Positions 44,778 through 55,301 of a stretch of DNA of 64,000 bases are shown in pieces. Under the pieces are notes generated by a model, which worked only from the letters and a program-made list of their open reading frames with translations, did no database searches and was not told where the DNA came from. Position 1 is the first letter of the stretch, and each line of letters starts with the position of its first letter. Made by a program: the position numbers and the translations under genes. The stretch is from Mariniphaga sp. (GTDB lineage Bacteria; Bacteroidota; Bacteroidia; Bacteroidales; Prolixibacteraceae): positions 8,589 to 72,588 of the forward strand of contig JANXZJ010000108.1 in the NCBI GenBank assembly GCA_025355585.1, in the 5' to 3' direction.

Positions 44778-45566
44778 TCAAACCGGACTTTCTAACTCTT
44801 CAAGCGGAGTTGCAATATCTTTATCGACCAAAATTCTACCGCAATACTCGCAGACAATAATTTTCTTTCTCGAAGCAATATCCAATTGGCGTTGTGGTGG
44901 AATCTTATTAAAACAACCACCACATGCGTCACGCTGAACGGTTACTACTGACAGTCCGTTGCGGGCATTCTTGCGAATACGGTTAAAGGCCATCACAAGA
45001 CGATCCTCAATCAGACTTTCAATTTTGGTCACTTTACTTCTTAATTTCTCTTCCTCAACCGCGGTTTCAGCAGTAATTTCCTGTAACTCCTTTTTCTTTC
45101 TGATCAGATCTTCTTCGCGCTCTTTCAGCAGTTTCTCTGAAGAATCAGCAGATTCGGTTTTTGATTTGATTTCAATCGTAAACTCACGAATCTTTTTTTC
45201 AGAAAGTTCAATTTCGAGTGTCTGAAACTCAATCTCTTTCGAAAGAGAATCGAATTCGCGGTTATTTCGAACGTTTTCTTGCTGCTCTTTATATTTATCG
45301 ATTTTGACCTTCGATTCTTTTATTTCAGTCTTTTTATTACCAATGGCGAGGTTCAACGTTTTGATTTCGTCGCTGTAATTGGTAAGGCGTGTCTTTAGTC
45401 CGATAATCTCATCTTCGAGGTCCTGAACTTCCAAAGGAAGCTCACCACGTAAAGTGTTGATCTTATCTATCTCTGATGCAACGGTCTGAAGCTCGTAGAG
45501 CATCTTAAGTTTCTCCTGAACAGAAACCTCTTTTCCTTCGGGCGATTTAATATTATTTACTGGCAT
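44778..45566 (-). CDS. COG1579-type coiled-coil protein with C-terminal C4 zinc ribbon
   Basis: 262 aa with a long coiled coil and a C-terminal CGGCFNKIPPQ...CEYCGRIL. It is the conserved operon partner of Nif3. Confidence 0.8.
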   Translation of the reverse strand: MPVNNIKSPEGKEVSVQEKLKMLYELQTVASEIDKINTLRGELPLEVQDLEDEIIGLKTRLTNYSDEIKTLNLAIGNKKTEIKESKVKIDKYKEQQENVRNNREFDSLSKEIEFQTLEIELSEKKIREFTIEIKSKTESADSSEKLLKEREEDLIRKKKELQEITAETAVEEEKLRSKVTKIESLIEDRLVMAFNRIRKNARNGLSVVTVQRDACGGCFNKIPPQRQLDIASRKKIIVCEYCGRILVDKDIATPLEELESPV

Positions 45567-45587
45567 ATACTGAAATTTACAATTTTG

Positions 45588-46691
45588 TTACCTCTGACAA
45601 AGATACAATACAGGGTTCGATTTTACTTCCGATAAACGGAGTGCAAAGTTAGGGAATTTTTTTATAAGTATTTCATAAAAAAGCTCCTTCGTGAACTGTT
45701 CACTTTCGTAGTGTCCAATATCGGCTACGATGATTTTTTCTTCCGCTTCAAAAAAATCATGGTACTTCATGTCGGCAGTTACAAAGATGTCAGCACCGGC
45801 GGCAATCGCAGCGGGTAGAAGGAAACTACCTGAACCGCCACAAACAGCAACTTTCTTCACGGGTTTGCCTAATAAATAAGTATGCCGGATTGAACTGCAT
45901 CCGAATATATCCAGCAATCGCGAAAGAAAATCAATTTCATTTTCGGCTCCCGGAAGTTCTCCGATCATCCCTGAACCCACTTCGGGTAAAGTATTTTCGA
46001 GTGGATAAAGGTCATAGGCCACCTCCTCGTACGGATGTGATTTAAGTAAAGCATTGATTACGGCATTTTTAGAATGCCTGAAAAGAATTGTTTCGAAGCG
46101 GGCTTCTTTTTCGAAATGAAATTCGCCTTTTTCTCCAACATATGGATTGGTATCGTCGCTGCCTCTGAATGTTCCCAATCCTTCTGAGCTGAAACTGCAT
46201 TTGTCGTATTTCCCAATCTCCCCGGCACCCGCTGCAAAAACTGCTTCACGAACTTTATCAAGGTGATCTTCCGGAATAAATGTAACCAGTTTAAGGAGCT
46301 GTTCTTTTGCAGGAGCGAGAATCCGGGTGTTTGTCAAACCAATCTTTTCGCAGATTTTTGAATTTACTCCTCCCATTACACTGTCGAGATTCGTGTGTGC
46401 AGCATAAATTGCTATGTCGTTTTTAATTGCTTTAATCACACAGCGTTCGACAAACGAATTTCCGTTGAGTCTTTTTATCCCTTTAAAAAGGATCGGGTGA
46501 TGTGAAATAATGAGTTCGCATCCGACTTCAATGGCCTCGTCAATTACAGCCTCGGTGACATCAAGTGTAATAAGTGCTGAGGTGATAATCGTTTCCGGAT
46601 CGCCGATGATGAGCCCTGCATTGTCATACGATTCCTGATAGGCTGGAGGGGCAACAGACTCAAGATAACTGATGATCTCCCTGATGGTCAT
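45588..46691 (-). CDS. Nif3-like dinuclear metal centre protein (GTP cyclohydrolase 1 type 2 homologue)
   Basis: 367 aa reading YDNAGLIIGD..., ELIISHHPILFKG, AAHTNLD and a C-terminal GHYESE. Confidence 0.9.
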   Translation of the reverse strand: MTIREIISYLESVAPPAYQESYDNAGLIIGDPETIITSALITLDVTEAVIDEAIEVGCELIISHHPILFKGIKRLNGNSFVERCVIKAIKNDIAIYAAHTNLDSVMGGVNSKICEKIGLTNTRILAPAKEQLLKLVTFIPEDHLDKVREAVFAAGAGEIGKYDKCSFSSEGLGTFRGSDDTNPYVGEKGEFHFEKEARFETILFRHSKNAVINALLKSHPYEEVAYDLYPLENTLPEVGSGMIGELPGAENEIDFLSRLLDIFGCSSIRHTYLLGKPVKKVAVCGGSGSFLLPAAIAAGADIFVTADMKYHDFFEAEEKIIVADIGHYESEQFTKELFYEILIKKFPNFALRLSEVKSNPVLYLCQR

Positions 46692-46759
46692 GGTGAATGA
46701 AATTATTGTAATACAGTTAGAAAGGATAACTTGGAAAAATGAATAGCCGTGATATCAAA

Positions 46760-47095
46760 TCACAACTCATCTTTTATCTCGAGCAGGTAACTTTTGATCA
46801 TCTGCAATTTTTGCACAATCTCAAAAGTGTTTTCTGTCTCTTCTTTGTTCTCTTTTATTTTGGTTTTCGCCCCTTTAAGGGTCATTCCGCGTTCCTTGAC
46901 CAGGTGATTTATAAGAGAAAGATGGTCAATATCTTCCTGGGTATAAAAACGGTCTCCCTTTTTATTTTTGAAAGGTTTGATCGTATCGAACTCTTTCTCC
47001 CAGAAACGCAATGTTGACGGGGCGAGTCCAAACTTCCCGGCGACCTCGCTAATGGAATAGTAATGCTTTTCTGATTTCGGTTCTTTGAATGCCAC
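46760..47095 (-). CDS. MerR-family transcriptional regulator
   Basis: 111 aa with the HTH YYSISEVAGKFGLAPSTLRFWEKEF and the motif RFYTQEDI. Confidence 0.85.
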   Translation of the reverse strand: MAFKEPKSEKHYYSISEVAGKFGLAPSTLRFWEKEFDTIKPFKNKKGDRFYTQEDIDHLSLINHLVKERGMTLKGAKTKIKENKEETENTFEIVQKLQMIKSYLLEIKDEL

Positions 47096-47107
47096 GGTTA
47101 TTGATTT

Positions 47108-48076
47108 TTAGTCGAAACTTTGTCCCATATTTGAAGAAATGCTGATCATCTTCTCGTATTCAAGAGGTGTGAGATCCTGGAAATAATAGTTTTGAGGATT
47201 TACTTTTGTTCCATTTTTACTTACCTCGTAATGTAAATGAGGAGCAGTTGATGTTCCTGTACTTCCGACAAAGCCAATTATATCTCCACGATTTACCTTT
47301 TGCCCAACCTGAACATTGATTCTGCTTAAATGGGCGTAAAAGGTCTCGTAGCCAAAGCCATGATCAATCACGACAGTATTGCCATAGCCTGCTTCGCGCG
47401 TGGCCGATTTAATCACCCCAATTCCTGTGGCAAAAACATCGGTTCCTGTCGCAGCAGTAAAATCCATGCCATAATGGAAGCGCGGAATCTTATAGATCGG
47501 ATGTATCCGCATCCCCCAACCAGAGGCTGTCTGTTTCAGATCCCTATTCGATACAGGCATTATAGACGGCATGCTTGCAATCATTTTCTCTTTGTTCATC
47601 GCCATTTTGGCCACCTCATCATACGATTTTGCCTGAACAAAAACCTGTTTGGAAAGGATATCAAGTTTTTTGGTAGTGTTGATAATCAACTCAGAATTAT
47701 CCATTTCCTCGAGTTTTGAATAACGGTTTGCACCCCCAAAACCTGCCATTCTTACCGAAGAGGGGATGGGTTCTGCTTCAAAAATCACCCTGTAAATATT
47801 GTCATCACGATTCTGAATGTCTTCAAGTACCTTAGTAACTTTCTCGAAGTCCTTGTTCATCAGATTGTATTGCGAAAGCAACTGCTCATTTTGCCGTTTC
47901 AGCCTTTTGGTTTGAGGGGGATCAAAAAACTGGAGGAAAATAAAGAAAAATATCATTCCCGAGGCCAGGCCAGTTGACACATAACCGAGCATCTTACTCA
48001 CAAGAGTTTTGATGTTTCGTTCAATTTTGTCAAAGCTGAGGGTGTCGGGATTGAATCTGTAATTGGTTTTACCCAT
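47108..48076 (-). CDS. M23-family metalloendopeptidase with N-terminal membrane anchor
   Basis: 322 aa with HYGMDF, a GYGNTVVIDHG fold, and GSTGTSTAPHLHYEV. Confidence 0.85.
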   Translation of the reverse strand: MGKTNYRFNPDTLSFDKIERNIKTLVSKMLGYVSTGLASGMIFFFIFLQFFDPPQTKRLKRQNEQLLSQYNLMNKDFEKVTKVLEDIQNRDDNIYRVIFEAEPIPSSVRMAGFGGANRYSKLEEMDNSELIINTTKKLDILSKQVFVQAKSYDEVAKMAMNKEKMIASMPSIMPVSNRDLKQTASGWGMRIHPIYKIPRFHYGMDFTAATGTDVFATGIGVIKSATREAGYGNTVVIDHGFGYETFYAHLSRINVQVGQKVNRGDIIGFVGSTGTSTAPHLHYEVSKNGTKVNPQNYYFQDLTPLEYEKMISISSNMGQSFD

Positions 48077-48109
48077 CTATATATCTCTTTTATTTTGATT
48101 CTCTATGGC

Positions 48110-48117
48110 CAAAATTA
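48110..48117 (-). promoter_or_regulatory. -7 box TAATTTTG (minus strand) 34 nt upstream of the M23 peptidase ATG
   Basis: The reverse complement of CAAAATTA at 48110-48117 matches TAnnTTTG. Confidence 0.4.
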
Positions 48118-48128
48118 GCGAAATAATC

Positions 48129-48136
48129 TAATTTTG
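48129..48136 (+). promoter_or_regulatory. -7 box TAATTTTG (plus strand) upstream of alaS
   Basis: TAnnTTTG match about 120 nt upstream of the alaS ATG. It is back-to-back with the identical box on the other strand. Confidence 0.35.
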
Positions 48137-48256
48137 CAACGTTTTAAGAAAATCAGTTTCGTCTAAAGGGTTGCAAATCTATCAAAATAATCCTTTTTTC
48201 AGCCCATGGTTCAATTCTGGATATTGATTTTAAAGGTTTTTTAACACATTATTTTT

Positions 48257-50872
48257 ATGAATTCAAAACAGATACGTCAAACATTTCTCGACTTTTTTGC
48301 TTCCAAAGAACATGAAATTGTACCCTCAGCGCCTATGGTTGTCAAAAATGACCCGACCCTGATGTTTACGAATGCCGGGATGAACCAGTTTAAAGATATT
48401 TTTCTTGGTAATTCGCCTGCAAATCATCCGCGTGTTGCTGATACACAGAAATGTCTGAGAGTCTCCGGAAAGCACAACGACCTCGAGGAAGTGGGTCACG
48501 ATACGTATCATCACACGATGTTTGAGATGCTTGGCAACTGGTCATTTGGCAACTATTTTAAGAAAGAAGCGATCGACTGGGCCTGGGAATTGCTGGTTGA
48601 TGTTTATAAAATTCCGGTAGATAAGTTGTATGTGACTATATTTGAAGGCGATGAAAAAGATGGTGTTCCGATGGATACCGAAGCGCATGATTTGTGGTTC
48701 AAATACCTTCCGGAAGATCGCATCCTGAAAGGGAATAAAAAAGACAATTTCTGGGAAATGGGCGATTCGGGTCCATGCGGACCTTGTTCTGAAATTCATG
48801 TCGACATCCGTAACGAGGATGAAAAGGCAGTCATTGCCGGACGTGACCTTGTCAATGAAGGTCATCCCCAGGTGATCGAAATCTGGAACCTCGTTTTTAT
48901 CCAGTTTAATCGCAAAGCCAATGGCCAGCTTGAAGAACTCCCTGCAAAACATGTTGATACAGGAATGGGATTCGAACGTTTGTGCATGGTGATCCAGGGA
49001 AAACAATCGAACTACGACACCGATGTGTTTCAGAATGTGATTACTGAGATTGCCTACCTTGCCGGTAAAAGATATGGAACCGACGAAAAAGCGGATATCG
49101 CGATGCGCGTGATTGCCGATCACCTGCGCGCCATTTCATTTGCGATTACGGATGGCCAATTACCTTCGAACAACAAAGCCGGTTATGTCATTCGCCGTAT
49201 TTTACGGCGCGCCGTGCGTTACGGTTATACTTTCCTTGGCTTTAGAAAGCCATTTATTCATCAGTTGGTTAAGGTATTGACGGAGAATATGGGGGGCGCA
49301 TTCCCCGAACTGATCAAACAACAGGAACTTGTGGTGAACGTGATCCGTGAAGAGGAGGACTCTTTTCTGCGTACACTCGAAACCGGAATCAAGTTGCTTG
49401 ATACAATTATAGAAGATACCAGGAAGAAAAACGGGACTGAAGTGAATGGCGATGTTGCTTTTGAACTATACGATACATTTGGATTTCCCCTTGATCTCAC
49501 CGAACTGATTCTTCGTGAACAAGGACTAACTGTAAACCGTGCAGGGTTCGAGCTGGCGATGGAGGGACAAAAAAACCGTTCAAGAAGTGCTACACAGCTC
49601 GAAACAGGCGACTGGATTGAGTTACAACAATCAGCGGGTGATGGATTTGTAGGATATGATACACTTGAAACTAAAGTAAAAATTAACCGTTACCGGAAAG
49701 TGAAAGGTAAGAAAGGGGAGTTCTTCCAGTTGGTTTTCAACACCACCCCATTTTATGCCGAATCGGGAGGCCAGGTTGGCGATTCAGGTACAATTGAAGC
49801 CGATGGCAAAAAAATCGAAATCTTCGACACCGTGAAGGAGAATAACCTGACGGTTCATCTTTCAAAGGAACTGCCGGATCATCCTCAGGCAACTTTCACG
49901 GCTGTTGTTAATATGAAAAACCGCAGGCTTACAGAGAATAACCACACTGCAACGCATTTACTCGATCACGCTTTGCGCGAAATACTCGGAACGCATATTG
50001 AACAGAAAGGCTCGCTGGTATCGCCCGATTCACTTCGTTTCGACTTTAATCATTTTCAAAAAGTTACAGAAGAGGAGCTTGCACGAATTCAGGTGCGTGT
50101 AAATGAGCTGATCCGTGCCAACGATAAACGCGACGAACATCGCGAAGTACCAATTGCCGAAGCCGAAAAAATGGGCGCCATTGCTTTATTCGGAGAGAAA
50201 TACGGCGATCTGGTCCGGGTGATTAAATTTGGCGAATCGGTAGAATTGTGTGGCGGTTGTCATGTTGAATCGACCGGAACAATCGGACAATTTGTAATCC
50301 TTTCCGAAGGGTCAATTTCGGCAGGTGTACGTCGTATTGAGGCGATCACTGCCGATAAAGCCGACGAGTATATCAGCAATCATTTAAAATCGCTCAAAGA
50401 AGTTTCCGCTTTATTCAATAATCCGGCTGATCTGAAAGCTGCAGTGGAAGAATTATTTGTCAAATTTAATGCACTCAACAAACAGGTTGAGGCCTTCGAA
50501 AAGGAGAGTGCCGGAAAGATGAAAAAGGAACTTCTTCTTAAAGTTGAAACGATCAACGGAATTAATTTCCTTGCGCAGCAGTTAAATGTTGACAACGCCG
50601 CGATCATCAAGGATATTGCCTTCCAGTTAAAAGGTGAAATTGATAATCTTTTTCTTGTGCTTGCTGCTGAAATCGATGGCAAAGCAAACGTTCATGTGAT
50701 GATTTCTGAAAATCTCGTCAAAGAGCGCGGGTTGAATGCCGGAACAATTATCCGGGATCTTGCCAAAGCAGTCAATGGAGGCGGTGGAGGACAAGCATTT
50801 TATGCAACGGCCGGGGGTAAAGAACCTTCAGGAATTCCGCTTCTGTTAACGAATGCAAGGAAATTAATCTGA
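48257..50872 (+). CDS. alaS: Alanine--tRNA ligase
   Basis: 871 aa. N-terminus [19 protein letters not shown], motif [10 protein letters not shown], editing domain HTATHLL...CGGCHV, and a C-terminal DHHA1 GGGG. Confidence 0.97.
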   Translation: MNSKQIRQTFLDFFASKEHEIVPSAPMVVKNDPTLMFTNAGMNQFKDIFLGNSPANHPRVADTQKCLRVSGKHNDLEEVGHDTYHHTMFEMLGNWSFGNYFKKEAIDWAWELLVDVYKIPVDKLYVTIFEGDEKDGVPMDTEAHDLWFKYLPEDRILKGNKKDNFWEMGDSGPCGPCSEIHVDIRNEDEKAVIAGRDLVNEGHPQVIEIWNLVFIQFNRKANGQLEELPAKHVDTGMGFERLCMVIQGKQSNYDTDVFQNVITEIAYLAGKRYGTDEKADIAMRVIADHLRAISFAITDGQLPSNNKAGYVIRRILRRAVRYGYTFLGFRKPFIHQLVKVLTENMGGAFPELIKQQELVVNVIREEEDSFLRTLETGIKLLDTIIEDTRKKNGTEVNGDVAFELYDTFGFPLDLTELILREQGLTVNRAGFELAMEGQKNRSRSATQLETGDWIELQQSAGDGFVGYDTLETKVKINRYRKVKGKKGEFFQLVFNTTPFYAESGGQVGDSGTIEADGKKIEIFDTVKENNLTVHLSKELPDHPQATFTAVVNMKNRRLTENNHTATHLLDHALREILGTHIEQKGSLVSPDSLRFDFNHFQKVTEEELARIQVRVNELIRANDKRDEHREVPIAEAEKMGAIALFGEKYGDLVRVIKFGESVELCGGCHVESTGTIGQFVILSEGSISAGVRRIEAITADKADEYISNHLKSLKEVSALFNNPADLKAAVEELFVKFNALNKQVEAFEKESAGKMKKELLLKVETINGINFLAQQLNVDNAAIIKDIAFQLKGEIDNLFLVLAAEIDGKANVHVMISENLVKERGLNAGTIIRDLAKAVNGGGGGQAFYATAGGKEPSGIPLLLTNARKLI

Positions 50873-50909
50873 TAGATCATCAAGCAGAATTGAGGGTCAA
50901 ATAGATAAA

Positions 50910-50953
50910 ATGCCCTTCCAGGAAGATAAAATAGCTCTCCGGAAGGGCATTTT
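50910..50953 (+). terminator. Rho-independent terminator after alaS
   Basis: ATGCCCTTCC...GGAAGGGCAT forms a 10-bp stem, followed by TTTGCTGTTCGTTT. Confidence 0.6.
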
Positions 50954-51086
50954 GCTGTTCGTTTCAGATAAAAGTTATAGCCCCATTTATGATTGCTTCT
51001 AGCTTTTGTAGTTTGGATCTTACTGAGTATGGGATTGATTTGTCATTATATATTGATTATATTTGTCAAGGTAATGCAAAATAACA

Positions 51087-51551
51087 ATGGGGATTCAAAA
51101 GGTTTATATTGACACTTCAGTACTTGGCGGTTATTTTGACAAAGAATTTGATGTTGTTACCCGAAGACTATTTGACGAGTTTAAAAAAGGAGAATACCAG
51201 GTCGTAATCTCCAACGTGACCGAGGGTGAATTGCTTAATGCGCCAGAGTACGTAAGAACTTTGTTGAATGATTTGAGTGTTGAATATGAAGTAATCGCAT
51301 TGACCGATGATGCAGTAAATCTGGCATTAGAATATATTAAGGAAAATGTGGTTGGTCTGACGAGTTATGACGATTGTTTGCACATAGCAATTGCGACCAT
51401 CTCAAGACTGGATTTATTGGTAAGTTGGAATTTTAAGCACATTGTAAATATCAAAAGAATCCGGGGATATAATGGAATTAATATTAAAAATGGCTATCCT
51501 CCAATTGAGATCCGTTCACCTAAAGATTTGATTGATTATGAAAACGACTAA
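51087..51551 (+). CDS. PIN-domain protein (VapC-like toxin candidate)
   Basis: 154 aa with acidic residues in PIN-like spacing: VYIDTSV, TEGEL, YDDCLHIAIA and a C-terminal WNFKHI. Confidence 0.7.
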   Translation: MGIQKVYIDTSVLGGYFDKEFDVVTRRLFDEFKKGEYQVVISNVTEGELLNAPEYVRTLLNDLSVEYEVIALTDDAVNLALEYIKENVVGLTSYDDCLHIAIATISRLDLLVSWNFKHIVNIKRIRGYNGINIKNGYPPIEIRSPKDLIDYEND

Positions 51552-51708
51552 TGATTTTGATTGTGTAAAGATGATGCGAGATATTCGGGATAAAGTAAAT
51601 TCAGAGATTGTTAAAATGGATTCAGCCCAGATTATTGAGTATTTCCGCAAAAAATCAGAGGAATATAAAAGCAAATATGGTCAGCCGGAAATAAAGTCTC
51701 ATACATAA
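51538..51708 (+). CDS. 56-aa ORF overlapping the PIN gene stop by 14 nt; candidate cognate antitoxin/partner
   Basis: Below the ORF-track cutoff. Manual translation gives MKTTNDFDCVKMMRDIRDKVNSEIVKMDSAQIIEYFRKKSEEYKSKYGQPEIKSHT. The ATG at 51538 lies inside the PIN gene's last codons. Confidence 0.5.
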   Translation: MKTTNDFDCVKMMRDIRDKVNSEIVKMDSAQIIEYFRKKSEEYKSKYGQPEIKSHT

Positions 51709-51871
51709 AGTGACTTTCAGCGATTTTGCCTGTTTAGCTCCTACCTGCTTGATTTGTAACAACGGAAGTATCATTGTACACCAGAATACCAACTGCAATC
51801 ATTCACCTTATTAAAGAAAACCACATCAACACGATCACCTAATTCATTATTTGGATTAAAATACTTTTGCA

Positions 51872-51906
51872 AAGGCCAGTGAACAAACACCGGCCTTCGT
51901 TTTTTA
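51872..51906 (+). terminator. Rho-independent terminator downstream of the PIN/small-ORF pair
   Basis: AAGGCCaGTG aacaaa CACcGGCCTT followed by CGTTTTTTATT. Confidence 0.65.
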
Positions 51907-51936
51907 TTCTATTTTAGCAATCTAAAATTTATCAGA

Positions 51937-54900
51937 ATGAAGAGTTTTTTTAAGTTCCTTTTCTCAGTATCAACAGCCGGATTTCTGTTGCTTTTATTTG
52001 CCTTCGCTTTGGGCTTCGCCACGTTTGTGGAGAATTCCTATGGCGTGGAAGCAGCCCGTTCGATGGTTTACAACTCTTGGTGGCTTGAATTGATCATGCT
52101 GTTACTCACGGTAAATATGATTGCCAATTTTATCACCTATAAGATGTATAAGCTTCAGAGGCTTACGATGGGTATTTTCCATCTCGCTTTTATACTTGTC
52201 ATTATTGGTGCCGGCGTAACCCGCTACTTTGGAAGCGAGGGTTCGATGCACATCCGCGAAGGTGAGACTACAAATACGATTGTTTCGGCCGAGATTAAAT
52301 TCAATCTGGCAGCTGAATATCAGGGAGCACAACAGCAATTGTCCAAACCAGCAAAATTCAAAGCTGGTTCCGGCGATCAGCTTTCAGGTAAAATCGTAAT
52401 TGGAGGTAAAGAGATCGCGGTAAAATCGGTCAATTATATTGTCGATGCGCAACGTAGTGTTGAAGCCGATGCCAAGGGCGAACCAATTATTGAACTGGTT
52501 TATTCGCAAAATGGCGCTATGCAGACTGAATTACTTCACGTTGGACAGGTGATCACTGCAAATGGGATTACGGTTGGTTTTAATAATGAAGCAATTGTCC
52601 GTTTTAATTTCAAGGGTGATTCGCTGAAGATCATTTCTAAAGACAGCATTCGTACGATGGATATGCAGGGGAAGGATGCGCTTGTGTTTCCGGCCGGCAC
52701 TGAAATTGCCTGTCCTGAGAAAGTAATATACAGAACTGCCGGTACCGCACTCGTCGTTAAAAAGTTTTTACCTGCTGCCAAGGCAGTAGCTGCTGCCGGT
52801 AACGGAACACCTACGGGCGAAAATGCGCTGATTGTACAATTAGGTGAGACCGGAAAACAACAATTGGTCACGCTCTGGACCTCGCAGATGAATGAAACCC
52901 CAAAATATTCAGGCACCTACGAAGGGGTGAATTACAAAATGTGGATCGGGCCCGAAGAGACTGTTTTACCTTTTTCGTTGAAATTGAATGATTTTGTCCT
53001 GGCAAGGTATCCTGGTTCAAATAGTCCTTCGTCGTACGAAAGTCATATTACACTTACCGATAAGGAGCTGGGATTGAACGAAGACCATAAAATATTTATG
53101 AATAACGTATTAAAACACAGGGGATATCGCTTTTATCAATCGTCATACGATCCCGATGAAAGAGGTACCATTCTTTCCGTCAACAAGGATCTTGCCGGAA
53201 CAACACTTACTTATTTAGGTTATTTCTTTTTATTCCTGGGAATTCTGTTATCGATTTTTAATCCGAAGAGTCGTTTCTATGAATTGATGAAACGCGCATC
53301 TGTGGGAACTACACTGGTGGTGATCTTTCTGTTGCAAAGTGCTTTTACAGCTGGTGCCGCCGTACCTCAGCCTGTTTCGCCGAAAATAGCGAGTGAGTTT
53401 GCCAAAGTTTGGATACAAGGGCACGACGGGCGTATAAAACCCTTCAGTACATTGGCCTATGAGGTGGTGATGAAGGTAGCGCGTGAGGAATCGCTGGATG
53501 GTCAGGTGCCCGAACAGGTTGTACTCGGAATGTCGGCAAATCCGCAGGCATGGCAGCAGGTAGAGATGATTGCCATCTCTGATGATCAGATTCTTGCAAA
53601 GTTGGGTCGCACAAGCGGAAAAGCATCCTTTAATGATTTCTTCGATCAGCAGGGAAACTATAAATTGGTAAATGATGTGCAAATCGCCTACGGGAAAAAA
53701 CCGGCCGAGCGAAAACTTTACGACAACAACGTGATTAAAATTGATGACCGGCTCAATGTCGTTTACCAGGTTTATCATGGTGATATGTTGCGTTTTTTCC
53801 CGTCTCCCAATGCTGCTGACCAAACATGGTATGCTCCCATCGGACCGCTTCCTGCTAATTTTGGTGCCGACTCGGTATTTGCAGCCCATGCCTTCCCGGC
53901 ATTTTTAGAGGTACTTCGGAGTGGAAATCAGCAAGCGAGCCTTCAGGCTGTTACCGGAATCATCAATTACCAGCAACAACATGGTTCGGCACTGATTCCT
54001 GGTAAAACAAAACAACAGCTCGAAATTCTTTACAATCACGTGAATGTTTTTAAAGATCTTTCGGGGTGGTATGTACTTCTTGGTTTTGTGTTGCTTGGAT
54101 TTTTCTTTTACGCTTTGTTCACAGGAAAGCCTTTACTAAAAAAGGCGGTCAATTATACAGTCCTTGGTTTGTTTATTGGTTTTCTGGCACATACTTCCGG
54201 CTTAATCATCCGCGGATATGTTTCGGGCCATATGCCATGGAGCAACGGATACGAGTCGATGATCTATATTGCCTGGGCGGTTATGCTGGCTGGTCTTATT
54301 TTTGCCCGACGTAATCCGATGGTGCTCGCGGCAGCATCCATTCTTTCGGGGCTCACCCTTTTTGTGGCCCAGATGAGCTGGCTCAACCCCGAAATCACCA
54401 ATCTTGTACCCGTACTTAAATCATACTGGCTCACCATCCATGTGGCTATTATCACCGCCAGTTATGGTTTTGTAGGGGTAAGTGCAATTCTGGGGATGAT
54501 CAATCTGTTGATGACAGCTTTTCAAAATTCGACAAACCAATACCGGATCAAGGCGACAGTAGCGCAACTGACATTGATTCTTGAAGCAGCCATGATCCTT
54601 GGACTCTACTTTCTGACGATTGGTACATTCCTTGGTGGTATTTGGGCCAACGAATCGTGGGGTCGTTACTGGGGATGGGATGCAAAAGAGACCTGGTCGC
54701 TTGTGACAATCCTTGTTTATGGTTTCATTACCCATATGCGGCAAATCCCAGGATTTAAAGGATGGTTTGCGCTTAACCTGGCTGCTGTTGTCGGACTGTT
54801 GTCGGTATTGATGACCTACCTGGGTGTGAATTACTACCTGTCGGGATTACATTCTTACGGAAGCGGCGAAGGATTACAGTTTCCGTTTGGCGTAATCGTA

Positions 54901-54975
54901 CTCTTTGCAGCAATCGGCATCATTGCTTTTGTAGCGAAGAAGAAAGATGATAAATTCAAGACGTTAACGAAATAA
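51937..54975 (+). CDS. ccsBA: Fused System II cytochrome c maturation protein CcsBA (ResB-like plus CcsA/ResC haem-handling domain)
   Basis: 1012 aa. It has an N-terminal ResB-like membrane/periplasmic region and a C-terminal polytopic domain with the Trp-rich WWD motif WANESWGRYWGWDAKETW. Confidence 0.85.
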   Translation: MKSFFKFLFSVSTAGFLLLLFAFALGFATFVENSYGVEAARSMVYNSWWLELIMLLLTVNMIANFITYKMYKLQRLTMGIFHLAFILVIIGAGVTRYFGSEGSMHIREGETTNTIVSAEIKFNLAAEYQGAQQQLSKPAKFKAGSGDQLSGKIVIGGKEIAVKSVNYIVDAQRSVEADAKGEPIIELVYSQNGAMQTELLHVGQVITANGITVGFNNEAIVRFNFKGDSLKIISKDSIRTMDMQGKDALVFPAGTEIACPEKVIYRTAGTALVVKKFLPAAKAVAAAGNGTPTGENALIVQLGETGKQQLVTLWTSQMNETPKYSGTYEGVNYKMWIGPEETVLPFSLKLNDFVLARYPGSNSPSSYESHITLTDKELGLNEDHKIFMNNVLKHRGYRFYQSSYDPDERGTILSVNKDLAGTTLTYLGYFFLFLGILLSIFNPKSRFYELMKRASVGTTLVVIFLLQSAFTAGAAVPQPVSPKIASEFAKVWIQGHDGRIKPFSTLAYEVVMKVAREESLDGQVPEQVVLGMSANPQAWQQVEMIAISDDQILAKLGRTSGKASFNDFFDQQGNYKLVNDVQIAYGKKPAERKLYDNNVIKIDDRLNVVYQVYHGDMLRFFPSPNAADQTWYAPIGPLPANFGADSVFAAHAFPAFLEVLRSGNQQASLQAVTGIINYQQQHGSALIPGKTKQQLEILYNHVNVFKDLSGWYVLLGFVLLGFFFYALFTGKPLLKKAVNYTVLGLFIGFLAHTSGLIIRGYVSGHMPWSNGYESMIYIAWAVMLAGLIFARRNPMVLAAASILSGLTLFVAQMSWLNPEITNLVPVLKSYWLTIHVAIITASYGFVGVSAILGMINLLMTAFQNSTNQYRIKATVAQLTLILEAAMILGLYFLTIGTFLGGIWANESWGRYWGWDAKETWSLVTILVYGFITHMRQIPGFKGWFALNLAAVVGLLSVLMTYLGVNYYLSGLHSYGSGEGLQFPFGVIVLFAAIGIIAFVAKKKDDKFKTLTK

Positions 54976-55001
54976 AAAGTTCGCGGAACTCAGCCATATT
55001 T

Positions 55002-55037
55002 GCCCCGACAGGTTTTCAGAATCTTTCGGGGCTTTTT
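55002..55037 (+). terminator. Rho-independent terminator after ccsBA
   Basis: GCCCCGA...TCGGGGC followed by TTTTT. Confidence 0.7.
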
Positions 55038-55301
55038 GCGTATTAGATTGCCAATTGTCAGCCACTCTTCTTTCGACATCGACTCTATTGAATGAAAATG
55101 CCTGTCGGAGAATCGGTGTCGACTCTTTTAGTGACAAAAAGGTCTTTTGAAGATACAAAGCCGACTCTTTTTCATTAGACGGCGACTTTTATTTTATATA
55201 TGCTAGATAGAGGGATTATTCCGGTGAAAAAAGATTGGTGAAATATCGAATTTGTTTAATTTCGTTGGATCATAAATCCAACTTCTGTGAGGCGCCATTA
55301 G

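Noticed and set aside
48542-49123. 193-aa antisense ORF inside alaS
   Set aside because: It is antisense to an unambiguous alaS and has no independent support.
51862-51906. Tiny sRNA: a TACTTTTG -7 box immediately followed by a terminator hairpin
   Set aside because: The transcript would be only about 30 nt. The hairpin is better explained as the terminator of the PIN/small-ORF pair, and the box may serve ccsBA or be fortuitous.
53248-53889. 213-aa antisense ORF inside ccsBA
   Set aside because: It is antisense to the ResB-like periplasmic region of ccsBA. It has no signal or motif support.
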